Origin: an uncultured Mycoplasmatota bacterium
Lineage (GTDB): Bacteria > Bacillota_I > Bacilli_A > RF39 > UBA660
Length of the DNA stretch: 64,000 bases
NCBI GenBank assembly: GCA_946498975.1
Contig: CAMMQC010000003.1
Location: 1,046 to 65,045, forward strand
Direction of reading: 5' to 3'
Shown: positions 1 through 9,240 of the stretch, piece by piece
Layout of the letters: the number at the start of each line of letters is the position of its first letter
Position numbering within the stretch: the stretch's first letter is position 1
Translations under genes and position numbers: made by a program
The notes under the pieces: generated by a model
Told to the model about the DNA's origin: nothing
The model's database searches: none
Seen by the model: the letters and a program-made list of their open reading frames with translations, nothing else

Positions 1-82
1 ATTTAAGTAATGATTCTACAATACCTTTACCATTACCCATCGCACCACCTGTTACTACTGCAATTTTTCCTTGTAAATTCAT
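1..82 (-). CDS. SDR family oxidoreductase (5' part only, runs off window edge)
   Basis: Manual translation MNLQGKIAVVTGGAMGNGKGIV; TGxxxGxG Rossmann motif. Confidence 0.8.
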   Translation of the reverse strand, partial: MNLQGKIAVVTGGAMGNGKGIVESLLK

Positions 83-83
83 A

Positions 84-434
84 TTATCCCTCTTTCCTAT
101 TCTTCTTAATTATACTACTTTTTTTCATTTTATCATACTGTTTATACATATATTGGACACTATTTTCTAAGAAGAAATAATGATATACATAAAATCCATC
201 AAATATAAGTAAAATAAAGAATATTATAAACATCATAAAGATATATTTAGTTAAGAATAAAAATAGTATTGTAAAGAAAACATAAGATAATGTTATTACT
301 AAATGGATTACTCTTTCTTTTTGAAATAACTTCATCTTAAATAGAAAATCATCTATTTCTTCCTCACTAAATTTATGATTAGATTTAATTTTATTATCAA
401 TATCTCCAATATATTCCCTCATATACTCTTTCAT
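84..434 (-). CDS. small hypothetical membrane protein
   Basis: Two hydrophobic segments; overlaps the stop of the upstream oxidoreductase. Confidence 0.7.
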   Translation of the reverse strand: MKEYMREYIGDIDNKIKSNHKFSEEEIDDFLFKMKLFQKERVIHLVITLSYVFFTILFLFLTKYIFMMFIIFFILLIFDGFYVYHYFFLENSVQYMYKQYDKMKKSSIIKKNRKEG

Positions 435-1810
435 TTTTCCATCCTTTCAATTATATCTTTAGAAGCGATTAAACCTGTCGCTGCCGCTGCAACGATATTA
501 CCGGCTTTACCAGCACCATCACCTACAAAATAAATATTTTCACTTTCTATTTTCATATTATTATCAGTAGTAATTTCATTACTAAAGAACTTTATCTCTG
601 GCCCATAAAGAAGAGTCTCTCCATTATTAACTCCAGGTATTATTTTATCCAAAACTTCAAGTCCTTCTAAAATATTAGTAATAATTCTATGAGGTAAGGC
701 CAAAGCTAAATCTCCTGCTGTATAGTCTTTTAAAGTTGGTTCAACATAGTTTTTCTTTATTCTATCTTTAGTAGAACGTCTACCTCTTCTTAAATCTTTA
801 AGAGTCTGTAAAATAGGCTTACCTCCTCCAAGTGTATTAGATAGTTTAGCAATAGACTCACCATATTCTCTAGTATTAGTAACAGGCTCTGTTAAATTAA
901 TTTTAGAGATAAAAGCAAAATTAGAATTAGATGACTTAATATCTTTTAGAGCATGTCCATTTACACAGATATAACCATAATAATTCTCTTTCGCTACAAA
1001 ACCTCCTGGATTAGTACAAAAGGTTCTAATCTCATCATCATAAGTCTTTGTCTTAATAAAGATCGTTGGATCATAAATAATATCTGTAATTTCTTTTAGT
1101 ATCTCTTTTCTAACTTCTACTCTAACTCCAATCTCTATACTTTGAGATGTATATGGAATATTATATTTATCTGCTAACTCCTGTACCCACTTAGCACCTG
1201 TTCTACCAGGAGCGACTATAACATTTCTAGCTTTATATTCTCCATTCTTAGATGAAACAACATAATAATCTTCTTCTTTTCTTATATCAGTACATTTAAA
1301 ATTATCAAGTAAAGTAACACCTAATTTTCTTAAAGCATTCTCCATATCTTCAATATATTTAGGTAAATAATCACTTCCTAAATGTTTTTGTTTAATAATC
1401 AAAAGATTAGCCCCTGCCTTTGCAATTTTTTCATCTAGCTTTAAAGCTTCATCCATATTACTAGGATAAGTCTTACTATCCATATGAAACTCATTAAAGA
1501 TAGATTCTACTTCATCAATTAGTTTATAGGCATCACTCTTCTCCATATACTTAAATAAATCTGTTTTACCAAGTTTAGGAATAAAATTAAGTTTACCATC
1601 AGAAAAAGTACCCGCTCCACCATAACCTGATAAAATATTACATGGATTACAATTAACACATGTTGTTCCTTTAACATTCATCGGACAAACTCTTTTTTCA
1701 CTAAACTTTCCTTCATCTACAAGTAATACCTTTAATTTACTATTACGAGCAAGGTTAAGGGAAGCGAAAAGACCTGCAGGCCCTGCTCCTACTACTATTA
1801 CATCATACAT
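431..1810 (-). CDS. NAD(P)/FAD-dependent oxidoreductase
   Basis: VIVVGAGPAG FAD motif, Cys cluster CVNCNPC, GGAGTFSDGK. Confidence 0.85.
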   Translation of the reverse strand: MYDVIVVGAGPAGLFASLNLARNSKLKVLLVDEGKFSEKRVCPMNVKGTTCVNCNPCNILSGYGGAGTFSDGKLNFIPKLGKTDLFKYMEKSDAYKLIDEVESIFNEFHMDSKTYPSNMDEALKLDEKIAKAGANLLIIKQKHLGSDYLPKYIEDMENALRKLGVTLLDNFKCTDIRKEEDYYVVSSKNGEYKARNVIVAPGRTGAKWVQELADKYNIPYTSQSIEIGVRVEVRKEILKEITDIIYDPTIFIKTKTYDDEIRTFCTNPGGFVAKENYYGYICVNGHALKDIKSSNSNFAFISKINLTEPVTNTREYGESIAKLSNTLGGGKPILQTLKDLRRGRRSTKDRIKKNYVEPTLKDYTAGDLALALPHRIITNILEGLEVLDKIIPGVNNGETLLYGPEIKFFSNEITTDNNMKIESENIYFVGDGAGKAGNIVAAAATGLIASKDIIERMEK

Positions 1811-1900
1811 ATTATCACTACCTTTACTATTTCATTTTACACTAATTTTTCAGAAAAAGAAATATATGATAAAATAATAAACAATTAAGAAGGGATAATT

Positions 1901-2581
1901 ATGTATAATATAAAAAAGAATATAGATAAATTAAATAGAGGTGAACCTACTTTCTTTTTAGAACCTAATGAAATAAAAGAAGTTAGTAAATACTTTAAAA
2001 AAGATGAGTTTAATATTTTTAAACCATTTGAGGAAGCTGAAAAGATAATACTTTATAAAGAAAAACTACCTAAAGTAGTATTATTTAAAATAGTAACTAA
2101 AGAAACTTTTAGGCATCAAGATATTTTAGGTAGTATCTTCTCTTTAAATATAGAAAAGGAAGTATTTGGCGATATTATAATAGATGACAATAACTATTAC
2201 TTTTATTTATTAGATTCTATGAAAGATTATTTTTTAACTAACTTTAATAAGATTAAGAACAATTACATTGAACTAGAAGAAATAGATATTAATAGTTTAA
2301 AAGATTATAAAAGAAAGTTTAAAGAACTAGAATTAGTCATCAAAAGTGGAAGAATTGACACTATAATTTCTAATATTACTAACACATCTAGAAGTAAAGT
2401 AAAAGATAAATTTAAGAACAAAGAAGTTATTTTAAATTATGAAATATTAACTAATCCTTCCTATCTTTTAAAAGAAGAAGATATTTTTAGTATTAGAAAA
2501 TATGGTAAGTTTAAGTATATTGGTAAAATTAAACATACTAAAAAAAATAATTATATTGTTAAGATACATAAATATCTCTAA
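1901..2581 (+). CDS. ylmH: YlmH-like S4-domain RNA-binding protein
   Basis: HQDILGSIFSL, FGDI, RIDTIIS, SIRKYGK motifs. Confidence 0.8.
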   Translation: MYNIKKNIDKLNRGEPTFFLEPNEIKEVSKYFKKDEFNIFKPFEEAEKIILYKEKLPKVVLFKIVTKETFRHQDILGSIFSLNIEKEVFGDIIIDDNNYYFYLLDSMKDYFLTNFNKIKNNYIELEEIDINSLKDYKRKFKELELVIKSGRIDTIISNITNTSRSKVKDKFKNKEVILNYEILTNPSYLLKEEDIFSIRKYGKFKYIGKIKHTKKNNYIVKIHKYL

Positions 2582-2586
2582 TATAA

Positions 2587-3387
2587 TTATTTTAAAAACT
2601 TCTCATTAATCTTTTTAATCATATCATAATCATTCATTCTAAGTACTTTAATTTCTTTATCTTTAATATAAGTATCTACTCTTATTACATCATTATATCT
2701 ATAATTATCTCCATCTATACTGATAAGAATATTTTTACTAACTACTTCTGGTCTTATAGATATTATCTTATCAGAAGGTACTATTAAAGAATTAAGTAAA
2801 CTTCTATAACTTTTAGAGTTTAATGGTGCGATAGGTGTAAGTTGTAGGGTATGAAAAGTATTATAGACGATAGAACCACCAAAATTAAGGTTATAAGCAG
2901 TTGAACCAAATGAAGTTGATACTAATAGTCCATCTCCTACATAGTTTTCTAATAATTCATCATTTATTAGGACTCTAAGTTTAGCTGTATTAAGTTCTTG
3001 TTCTCTTAAAACTATCTCATTTAAAGTAAAGTGTTTAAAAGTACTATCTTTAGTTTCTACTTCTATTTCTCCTATCCCAATTTTATCACACTTTAACTCG
3101 CCTAAAGTTAGTTTCTTAATAAAGGTATCTATCTCATCAAAACTAATCTCTTGAGCAAAACCTAGTGTTCCTGTATTTATTCCAATATAATAACATTTAC
3201 TATCGAAGTTACTCTCTTTAACCATCCTTAAAAAGGCTCCATCTCCACCTATAGCAATAGCAAGATCATAATTTTTGGTAACGATTTTAAAGTCGTTTTC
3301 TTTTAATAACAATATCAGCATTTCAGAGATTTTCTTTGATTTTAAATTATCGTTAACAAATAATCTTATTCTATTTATCTTAATCAT
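2587..3387 (-). CDS. nadK: NAD(+) kinase
   Basis: GGDG, GINTGTLGF, LNE, GDGLLVSTSFGSTAY. Confidence 0.92.
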   Translation of the reverse strand: MIKINRIRLFVNDNLKSKKISEMLILLLKENDFKIVTKNYDLAIAIGGDGAFLRMVKESNFDSKCYYIGINTGTLGFAQEISFDEIDTFIKKLTLGELKCDKIGIGEIEVETKDSTFKHFTLNEIVLREQELNTAKLRVLINDELLENYVGDGLLVSTSFGSTAYNLNFGGSIVYNTFHTLQLTPIAPLNSKSYRSLLNSLIVPSDKIISIRPEVVSKNILISIDGDNYRYNDVIRVDTYIKDKEIKVLRMNDYDMIKKINEKFLK

Positions 3388-4213
3388 TTTTCTTCCTATA
3401 TTTAAATAATACTGATGGTCTATGTCCTTCTCCAGTTCTCATTTTATCAGTTTTAACTACTTTATCTTTAATAATTCTTCTAAAAGCAGGATCTAATAAC
3501 TTCTTATTAAGTATTACTTCATAAACTTGTTGTAACTCTCCTAAAGTAAAATATTCAGGCATCATATTAAAGACTATATCAGTATAATTTAATTTATTTT
3601 TTAAACGCTCTAAACCTGCCAATACTACTAAATCATGATCAAACGCTAAAGCTTTTTTTCTCGCTTTAAAACTATATCTATCAGTAGTCTTTTCTCTTAA
3701 GACTTTTTTTATTGACAAATTAATAGTCTCTACTCCATTAGTTAAAGAAATATCTACAATATCATTTTTTTCTTCTATTAGTATAGCATCAAACCAACAA
3801 GCATTAGGATTAATCATTTCTGTTAATCTATTCTTATCAACTAAAGCGATAAATGATGTTGATACTACTCTTGTTCTTGGATCTCTATCTATAGCATCAT
3901 AAGTATATAACTGTTCTAAATAGATATTAGAAAGATTAGTTTCTCTTTTTAAAACCCTCTTAGCACATTCTTCTAAAGTTTCCGTATTAGGGTCTAAAAA
4001 TCCTCCAGGTAGACACCACTTATCTTTAAAAGGATAATCATCTCTCTTTACTAAAAGAATACTCATCATCTTCTTACTATTTTTACGATAGTTACTTACT
4101 TCTTCACTAGATACACTAATTAAAAGAATATCAGCAGTCATTGATAACTGATCAAAGTCTTTAGCATTGTAATCTTTTAAAAACTCTTCTTCACTCTTGT
4201 AAACTTTTTCCAT
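3380..4213 (-). CDS. nrtR: NrtR-family Nudix/winged-helix regulator
   Basis: WCLPGGF degenerate Nudix box, EQLYT, RDPR, LAFDH, C-terminal FTLGELQQVYE...FRR. Confidence 0.85.
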   Translation of the reverse strand: MEKVYKSEEEFLKDYNAKDFDQLSMTADILLISVSSEEVSNYRKNSKKMMSILLVKRDDYPFKDKWCLPGGFLDPNTETLEECAKRVLKRETNLSNIYLEQLYTYDAIDRDPRTRVVSTSFIALVDKNRLTEMINPNACWFDAILIEEKNDIVDISLTNGVETINLSIKKVLREKTTDRYSFKARKKALAFDHDLVVLAGLERLKNKLNYTDIVFNMMPEYFTLGELQQVYEVILNKKLLDPAFRRIIKDKVVKTDKMRTGEGHRPSVLFKYRKKND

Positions 4214-4250
4214 ACTACACCTCTTTTTTATAAATTGATTATAACACGAA

Positions 4251-4724
4251 CTACTTAATAATATCTAGTAACATTGTTATAATCTTATCTATAATATGAT
4301 CTTTATTTAAAGCTCTGCTCTCTTTATTAACAGTCATCTTTTCTTTATAAAATTTATTATTATCTCTATCATAAATACAAATATAAACAGTATTATCATC
4401 ACCACATGGATTATTAGGATCACTTCTGTTAAGTTTACCAGTTATTCCTATACCATAATTACTATTGGCAAAACTACTAATCGCTTTACTCATCTCTATT
4501 GCAGTTTCCATACTATAAACAGTGTATTTATCAATAACTTCTTTAGGTACACCCATCTTTACTTTATATTCATTAGAGTAAGTTACGGCACTAAATTTTA
4601 ATATTTCACTAGCACCTTCACAATTAGTAATAACATTAACTACTCCACCACCAGTACAAGACTCCATTGTCGCAATTGTTTTTTGTCCTAATTGTAAAAT
4701 ATGTATAATTTCTTTAAAGTTCAT
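4251..4724 (-). CDS. pncC: CinA/PncC-family NMN deamidase
   Basis: ESCTGG, VTYSN, GITG motifs. Confidence 0.85.
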   Translation of the reverse strand: MNFKEIIHILQLGQKTIATMESCTGGGVVNVITNCEGASEILKFSAVTYSNEYKVKMGVPKEVIDKYTVYSMETAIEMSKAISSFANSNYGIGITGKLNRSDPNNPCGDDNTVYICIYDRDNNKFYKEKMTVNKESRALNKDHIIDKIITMLLDIIK

Positions 4725-4734
4725 TTTATCATCC

Positions 4735-5301
4735 TCATCTTTCTAATAAATATTTTTTTATATCTTTCTTATCTATTTGTAATTCATTATCTATATCAAT
4801 AAATGGTACTTGCATTTTACCATCTATTATCTTTAAAAATTCATCTATAGCACAATCTTTTCTATCATGAAATTCTCTAGGATAATGATTTATATCAGTA
4901 TCAGGTATCTTTATGCCAATAACTTTATCAAGACCGATTTTATTTTTTATTTGATATTCATCTTCATATATTGAATAACGCTTATTAGAAGACAAATTAG
5001 ATATATGCCGATAATACTCATAATCATCTTCCACATATTCTGTTTCTATCGCCTCAATTTCCTTAAATATAAAAGCATAAGAAGGAGAAATAAATCTCCT
5101 ATAAGAACTTTTCCATATATAATTTTTATCTTTTTTTGATAAAGAAATATAATCTAATCCATTCCAAGCATTTGAAGTAATTGTATTATCACCTTGTAGA
5201 CGTTTTGATAAAATAGCATTATTCTTTAGAATATTAGGCATTCTTTCAAAACGTACCTGATGGTAAAACCAGTTAGGATTAATCTCTATTTTTCTTATCA
5301 T
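4735..5301 (-). CDS. hypothetical protein, ADP-ribosyltransferase-like fold suspected
   Basis: FYHQ...NILKNNAILS, YISLS, EDEYQI...I..I pattern resembling DarT-like ART strands. Confidence 0.5.
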   Translation of the reverse strand: MIRKIEINPNWFYHQVRFERMPNILKNNAILSKRLQGDNTITSNAWNGLDYISLSKKDKNYIWKSSYRRFISPSYAFIFKEIEAIETEYVEDDYEYYRHISNLSSNKRYSIYEDEYQIKNKIGLDKVIGIKIPDTDINHYPREFHDRKDCAIDEFLKIIDGKMQVPFIDIDNELQIDKKDIKKYLLER

Positions 5302-5332
5302 ATTGTATCAACTTACTTTCTTAAGTAATATT

Positions 5333-5917
5333 TTATTTACTATATAACTTATTTCTTGTTATATAATCTAAAACTTTATCATCTAAATAATCTTTCACTC
5401 TTTTATTATTATATATCATTTCTCTAATTTTAGTAGAAGATATTTCATTTTCTTCTATTTCCGTAACAATAATATTATCTTTATAGTCCTTATATTTTTC
5501 TAATAAAGGAGTTATATCAAAAGTATTTCTTTTAATAACCAAAAATTTATTATTAGATAATACATATATACCTCTTTCCCATTTATCTATATAACTTAAA
5601 TTATCAGTACCACAAATAAAGTATATCTCATCATCTTTATATTTGTTTCTAAAGTAATTAAGAGTCTCATAAGTATAAACAACATGTTCTTTTAATTCAT
5701 AATCACTAACTTCTAAATTATTATTATCACGACACATTAACTCTAACATCTCTAGTCTTACTTTATCACTTAAAAGATTATTTTTATACTTATATTTACT
5801 ACCAGTTGGTACAAAGATAACTTTATCTACATAATGTTTTTTTATAAGTTCTATAGCAATTTTCTTATGCATTTTATGAGGAGGATTAAAACTACCTCCA
5901 AAGATACCTATTTTCAT
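5333..5917 (-). CDS. nadD: nicotinate-nucleotide adenylyltransferase
   Basis: GGSFNPPHxxH, ICGTD, ISSTKIR. Confidence 0.92.
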   Translation of the reverse strand: MKIGIFGGSFNPPHKMHKKIAIELIKKHYVDKVIFVPTGSKYKYKNNLLSDKVRLEMLELMCRDNNNLEVSDYELKEHVVYTYETLNYFRNKYKDDEIYFICGTDNLSYIDKWERGIYVLSNNKFLVIKRNTFDITPLLEKYKDYKDNIIVTEIEENEISSTKIREMIYNNKRVKDYLDDKVLDYITRNKLYSK

Positions 5918-6624
5918 AAATCATCACGATCCCAACTATAAGAAATTGTACCATCTACATGACATTTTAAAGACTGTTCAGCGTTTTTATTAACTAATTT
6001 ATCATAACGCTTAATAATACAATTCCTATAAATTTGTCCTTCTATTTCATTAAATAATATTATTCTTTTTGCTTCTAACTCATCTAAATAATCGACTTGT
6101 TGTCTTTTTTCTGTAAAATCATTACAAACAGTTAAAGTAGAAAACTTTAAAATATATTCATCTTTATATTTATCAATAAAACTATCAAGTAATTTTTTAG
6201 TATCAAGTTGCCCTTTAAAAATTAAAGTAGATAAAGTAATATCAGCTTTATAATCTTTTTTCATAGGTAACATTTCTTGATAATAATAACTTATATTAAA
6301 GGAATCTACATATTTATCTAATTTCTTAACAATATCTGGTTTTGTATAATTTGTAGTCAAAACAACATTAAATCCTGCTTCATGAACCATTTTTGCAATT
6401 AGACATATATCAGGATGTAGAGTTGGTTCTCCTCCTACCAAAAGAATATCTTTTATCTTTTTTGTTTTAGCGACTGTTATAGCTCTTTTTACATTTTCTA
6501 AAGTAATAAATTCACATCTACCTCTATAAGAATCTATACAAAATGGGCATTTTCTATTACATTCATGAGTAACTACTATTGACATATAATCACTAGTTTT
6601 AGTATCAATTTTAAACATAATCAA
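5914..6624 (-). CDS. radical SAM protein of unknown function
   Basis: CNRKCPFC (CxxxCxxC), GGEPTLHP, TTN. Confidence 0.85.
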   Translation of the reverse strand: MIMFKIDTKTSDYMSIVVTHECNRKCPFCIDSYRGRCEFITLENVKRAITVAKTKKIKDILLVGGEPTLHPDICLIAKMVHEAGFNVVLTTNYTKPDIVKKLDKYVDSFNISYYYQEMLPMKKDYKADITLSTLIFKGQLDTKKLLDSFIDKYKDEYILKFSTLTVCNDFTEKRQQVDYLDELEAKRIILFNEIEGQIYRNCIIKRYDKLVNKNAEQSLKCHVDGTISYSWDRDDL

Positions 6625-7690
6625 CTTTTTCCCTTCTTAATTTTAATATTTTTTCTTTACCGTTTAATAAAGGTGTTAGAGACTCTTTATTATGTAAAGC
6701 ATTAATTATTTCGGCAATGTCTTTAGAACAATCTACAGTATGAAACCAAGGCTTATCTTTAAAATCTTTTGGTATATAAGAAAGATTAGTAGTATAAAGT
6801 TTTTCAAAAGTATTATCTAAATATGCTTTGTCAAAAGCCTCAATTCCTTCTGTAAATAAAGAGAATGTTGCAATAAAATATACTTTTCTAGCACCTTGTT
6901 CTTTTAACATTTTCCCTACTTCTAACATAGATGAACCGGATGCAATCATATCGTCTACTACTAAAACATCTTTATCTTTAACATCTTTTCCCATATAAGT
7001 ATGTTCAATTATAGGATTTTTACCATTAACAACACGAGATAAGTCACGTCTTTTATAGAAAACTCCTACATCACTATCTAGAAGTTCTGCATAGTACCTT
7101 GCTCGTTCCATCGCTCCCATATCTGGACTTATTACTAAAATATCTTCTAAATCTTCACCTCGCAACAAATCTTCTAAAATAGTATTAGTAGGATAAAAGT
7201 TTTCAAAAGGAAGATTAGGAATAGCATTTGAAACATTAGGATCATGGGCATCAAAAGTAATTATATGGTTAACTCCAAGACGTTCTAACTCTTGTAAAGC
7301 AAGAGCACAATCAAGTGATTCTCTCCCTTTTCTTTTATGCTGTCTTGCTTGATATAATAAAGGCATTATTAAGGTTATTTTTTCTTGATAACCAGATAAA
7401 GCAAGAATTGTTCTTTTAATATCCCCGAAATGTTCATCTGGACCCATATGATGAGTAAAACCATGCATATTATAAGTAATATTGTAATTACCAACATCAG
7501 AGATAATATAAATATCTTTATCTCTAACAGTTTCTTCTATCTTTACTTTACCTTCTCCATTAGAAAACCTATTATTCTTAACATCAATCATATAATTAGA
7601 CTGCTCTTTTCTAATCACCTTTAAATCCCTATTTACCTTTTCTCCCAACTCTTTAATATTCTCTAAAACTATTAACTTTAAATTATTCAT
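6611..7690 (-). CDS. prs: ribose-phosphate pyrophosphokinase
   Basis: FSNGE, YQARQ, SPDMGA, VDDMIASG. Confidence 0.9.
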   Translation of the reverse strand: MNNLKLIVLENIKELGEKVNRDLKVIRKEQSNYMIDVKNNRFSNGEGKVKIEETVRDKDIYIISDVGNYNITYNMHGFTHHMGPDEHFGDIKRTILALSGYQEKITLIMPLLYQARQHKRKGRESLDCALALQELERLGVNHIITFDAHDPNVSNAIPNLPFENFYPTNTILEDLLRGEDLEDILVISPDMGAMERARYYAELLDSDVGVFYKRRDLSRVVNGKNPIIEHTYMGKDVKDKDVLVVDDMIASGSSMLEVGKMLKEQGARKVYFIATFSLFTEGIEAFDKAYLDNTFEKLYTTNLSYIPKDFKDKPWFHTVDCSKDIAEIINALHNKESLTPLLNGKEKILKLRREKVDYV

Positions 7691-7754
7691 AACTACCTCT
7701 TTTCTATTAATAAGATAAGTTTAAAATAATTGCAGAACCATTTCTGTTATTAAC

Positions 7755-7790
7755 ATTATATTAATAAGATAGTGATTTGTCAACTATCTT
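7755..7790 (-). promoter_or_regulatory. consensus sigma-A promoter of the prs/NAD operon with overlapping inverted repeat
   Basis: Minus strand TTGACA-17nt-TATAAT (7778-7783, 7755-7760); AAGATAGT-N9-ACTATCTT palindrome at 7766-7790. Confidence 0.75.
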
Positions 7791-7811
7791 TAAAGAAAAA
7801 CTAGAGAATTT

Positions 7812-7882
7812 TATATTTTCTCTAGCTCTTCTATACTTAGTCCTGTATTTTTAGATACTACTTCCATAGGAATACCATCTTC
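7812..7882 (-). pseudogene. 3' remnant of an Rpn-family gene
   Basis: Encodes DGIPMEVVSKNTGLSIEELE, near-identical to the C-terminus of the 14351..14734 ORF. Confidence 0.7.
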
Positions 7883-7884
7883 TA

Positions 7885-8169
7885 TTTATGTCCACATCTA
7901 TAGGTACCGTCACTTGTCAGTCTTGCAATTAGTAAGGCATCTTTTGGATCACTCTTAGTTGGATTTTGATCATGCATTTCTTCTCCTTGTTTTACTGTAT
8001 ATGTTGGCATTAATACAGTTTCTTGTCCACAGTCTTTGAAATACTTATCAATATTTAATCAATAATGTCCTGTTGGCTCAAATGCTATAATTACAGCTGT
8101 TTTTCCTATATCTATTCCACATATCAAAGTTTCTGGTGTGATTCTTTTAATTTTTTCATTCACTCTCAT
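7885..8169 (-). mobile_element. degenerate IS110-family transposase fragment
   Basis: MRVNEKIK...CGIDIGK fused to IAFEPTGHY*...KSDPKDALLIAR; internal deletion and in-frame stop; GGAGG RBS. Confidence 0.75.
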
Positions 8170-8412
8170 AACATCATCCTCCTAGATTAATTTTATCAAA
8201 CTTTGTATTAACTTGACTTATCTAGTTTTTATTATAAGAGTCTTCCATTATTACATACAAAAAAGAATAGAATAATTCTCTTACTCTATTCTTCTTACAC
8301 TATGAAAGAAAGTAACTTCATTACCTATATTAAGGTTAAATGACCCCAAGTAATATATTGTAAACAGGTGTTAGTATAAATTATATTTTCCATTTAATTA
8401 CCTTCTCTCTCC

Positions 8413-9201
8413 TTATTCACTCGTGTCATTGTATTCATTTCTTTCACATGTATAACCACCATTCTCTAATTCTTGCTCAATAGTAGTTACACTTTGATTT
8501 AATTCATACTCTGGATAAAATCCTTCAAACTCTGTAATATTATTTGTTATAAAATCCATATCAAGTTTTTCATAATCTATATTTTGGGTAGTAATTTGTA
8601 CCGCTGCACTTACACTACAATCTGCTGTCATGCCAATATCATTCTCATCTAATACTGTCTTAAGAAATTCACATGAATTTTCTCTTTCTGTTAAAATACT
8701 ATTATCAGTCGCTGTATCTGCTAATCTATTTGTTGTAGTCATTCTACTACTCTTTAATCTGTTTTTTTCATATTTAAAACTAAAATCATATGTATAGTTT
8801 AAATTATCAGTAGAATTATTAAAAGTACAAGTCATAGTACCACTTTTTAATTCATTTGCCCCTGTTTTCTCATTCATATAATCTGTTATAAAATTTGTGA
8901 TATCTGGTAAAAAATAAACAAAGGCAAACAAGAATATTATCAATAATGTTAAAAATATAGGATGTCCTTTTTTCTTTGTACCAGTAGTATTTTCTTCTAT
9001 TTGGACAGAAGTTGGAACAGTAGTATCATTATTTTGATTATTATTATCTACAACTTTTTGTTCTACTTCATTGGTATTAGATACTTCTACAACTTGAGGT
9101 TTATTATCCTCTTTAGGAGAGTTTACAACATTTTCTGTTCCTGGTGTTATTACTTTAGGAGTTTCTTCATTAATATTTTCATTATTATTTTTATTATCCA
9201 T
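8413..9201 (-). CDS. hypothetical single-pass membrane protein
   Basis: Low-complexity N-terminus, one TM segment, Cys-containing external domain. Confidence 0.7.
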   Translation of the reverse strand: MDNKNNNENINEETPKVITPGTENVVNSPKEDNKPQVVEVSNTNEVEQKVVDNNNQNNDTTVPTSVQIEENTTGTKKKGHPIFLTLLIIFLFAFVYFLPDITNFITDYMNEKTGANELKSGTMTCTFNNSTDNLNYTYDFSFKYEKNRLKSSRMTTTNRLADTATDNSILTERENSCEFLKTVLDENDIGMTADCSVSAAVQITTQNIDYEKLDMDFITNNITEFEGFYPEYELNQSVTTIEQELENGGYTCERNEYNDTSE

Positions 9202-9240
9202 AGAGTTTACCTCCCTTTTATTCTAAATAAATTATAACAT

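Noticed and set aside
6611-7690. Phage-type NAD reconstitution (NARP1/NARP2) pathway
   Set aside because: No Nampt/Namat-like gene in the window and no phage context; Prs looks conventional
8055-8065. TGA at a conserved Trp position of the IS110 fragment as evidence for genetic code 4
   Set aside because: Intact genes use TGG for Trp and several end at TGA; the fragment is otherwise degraded
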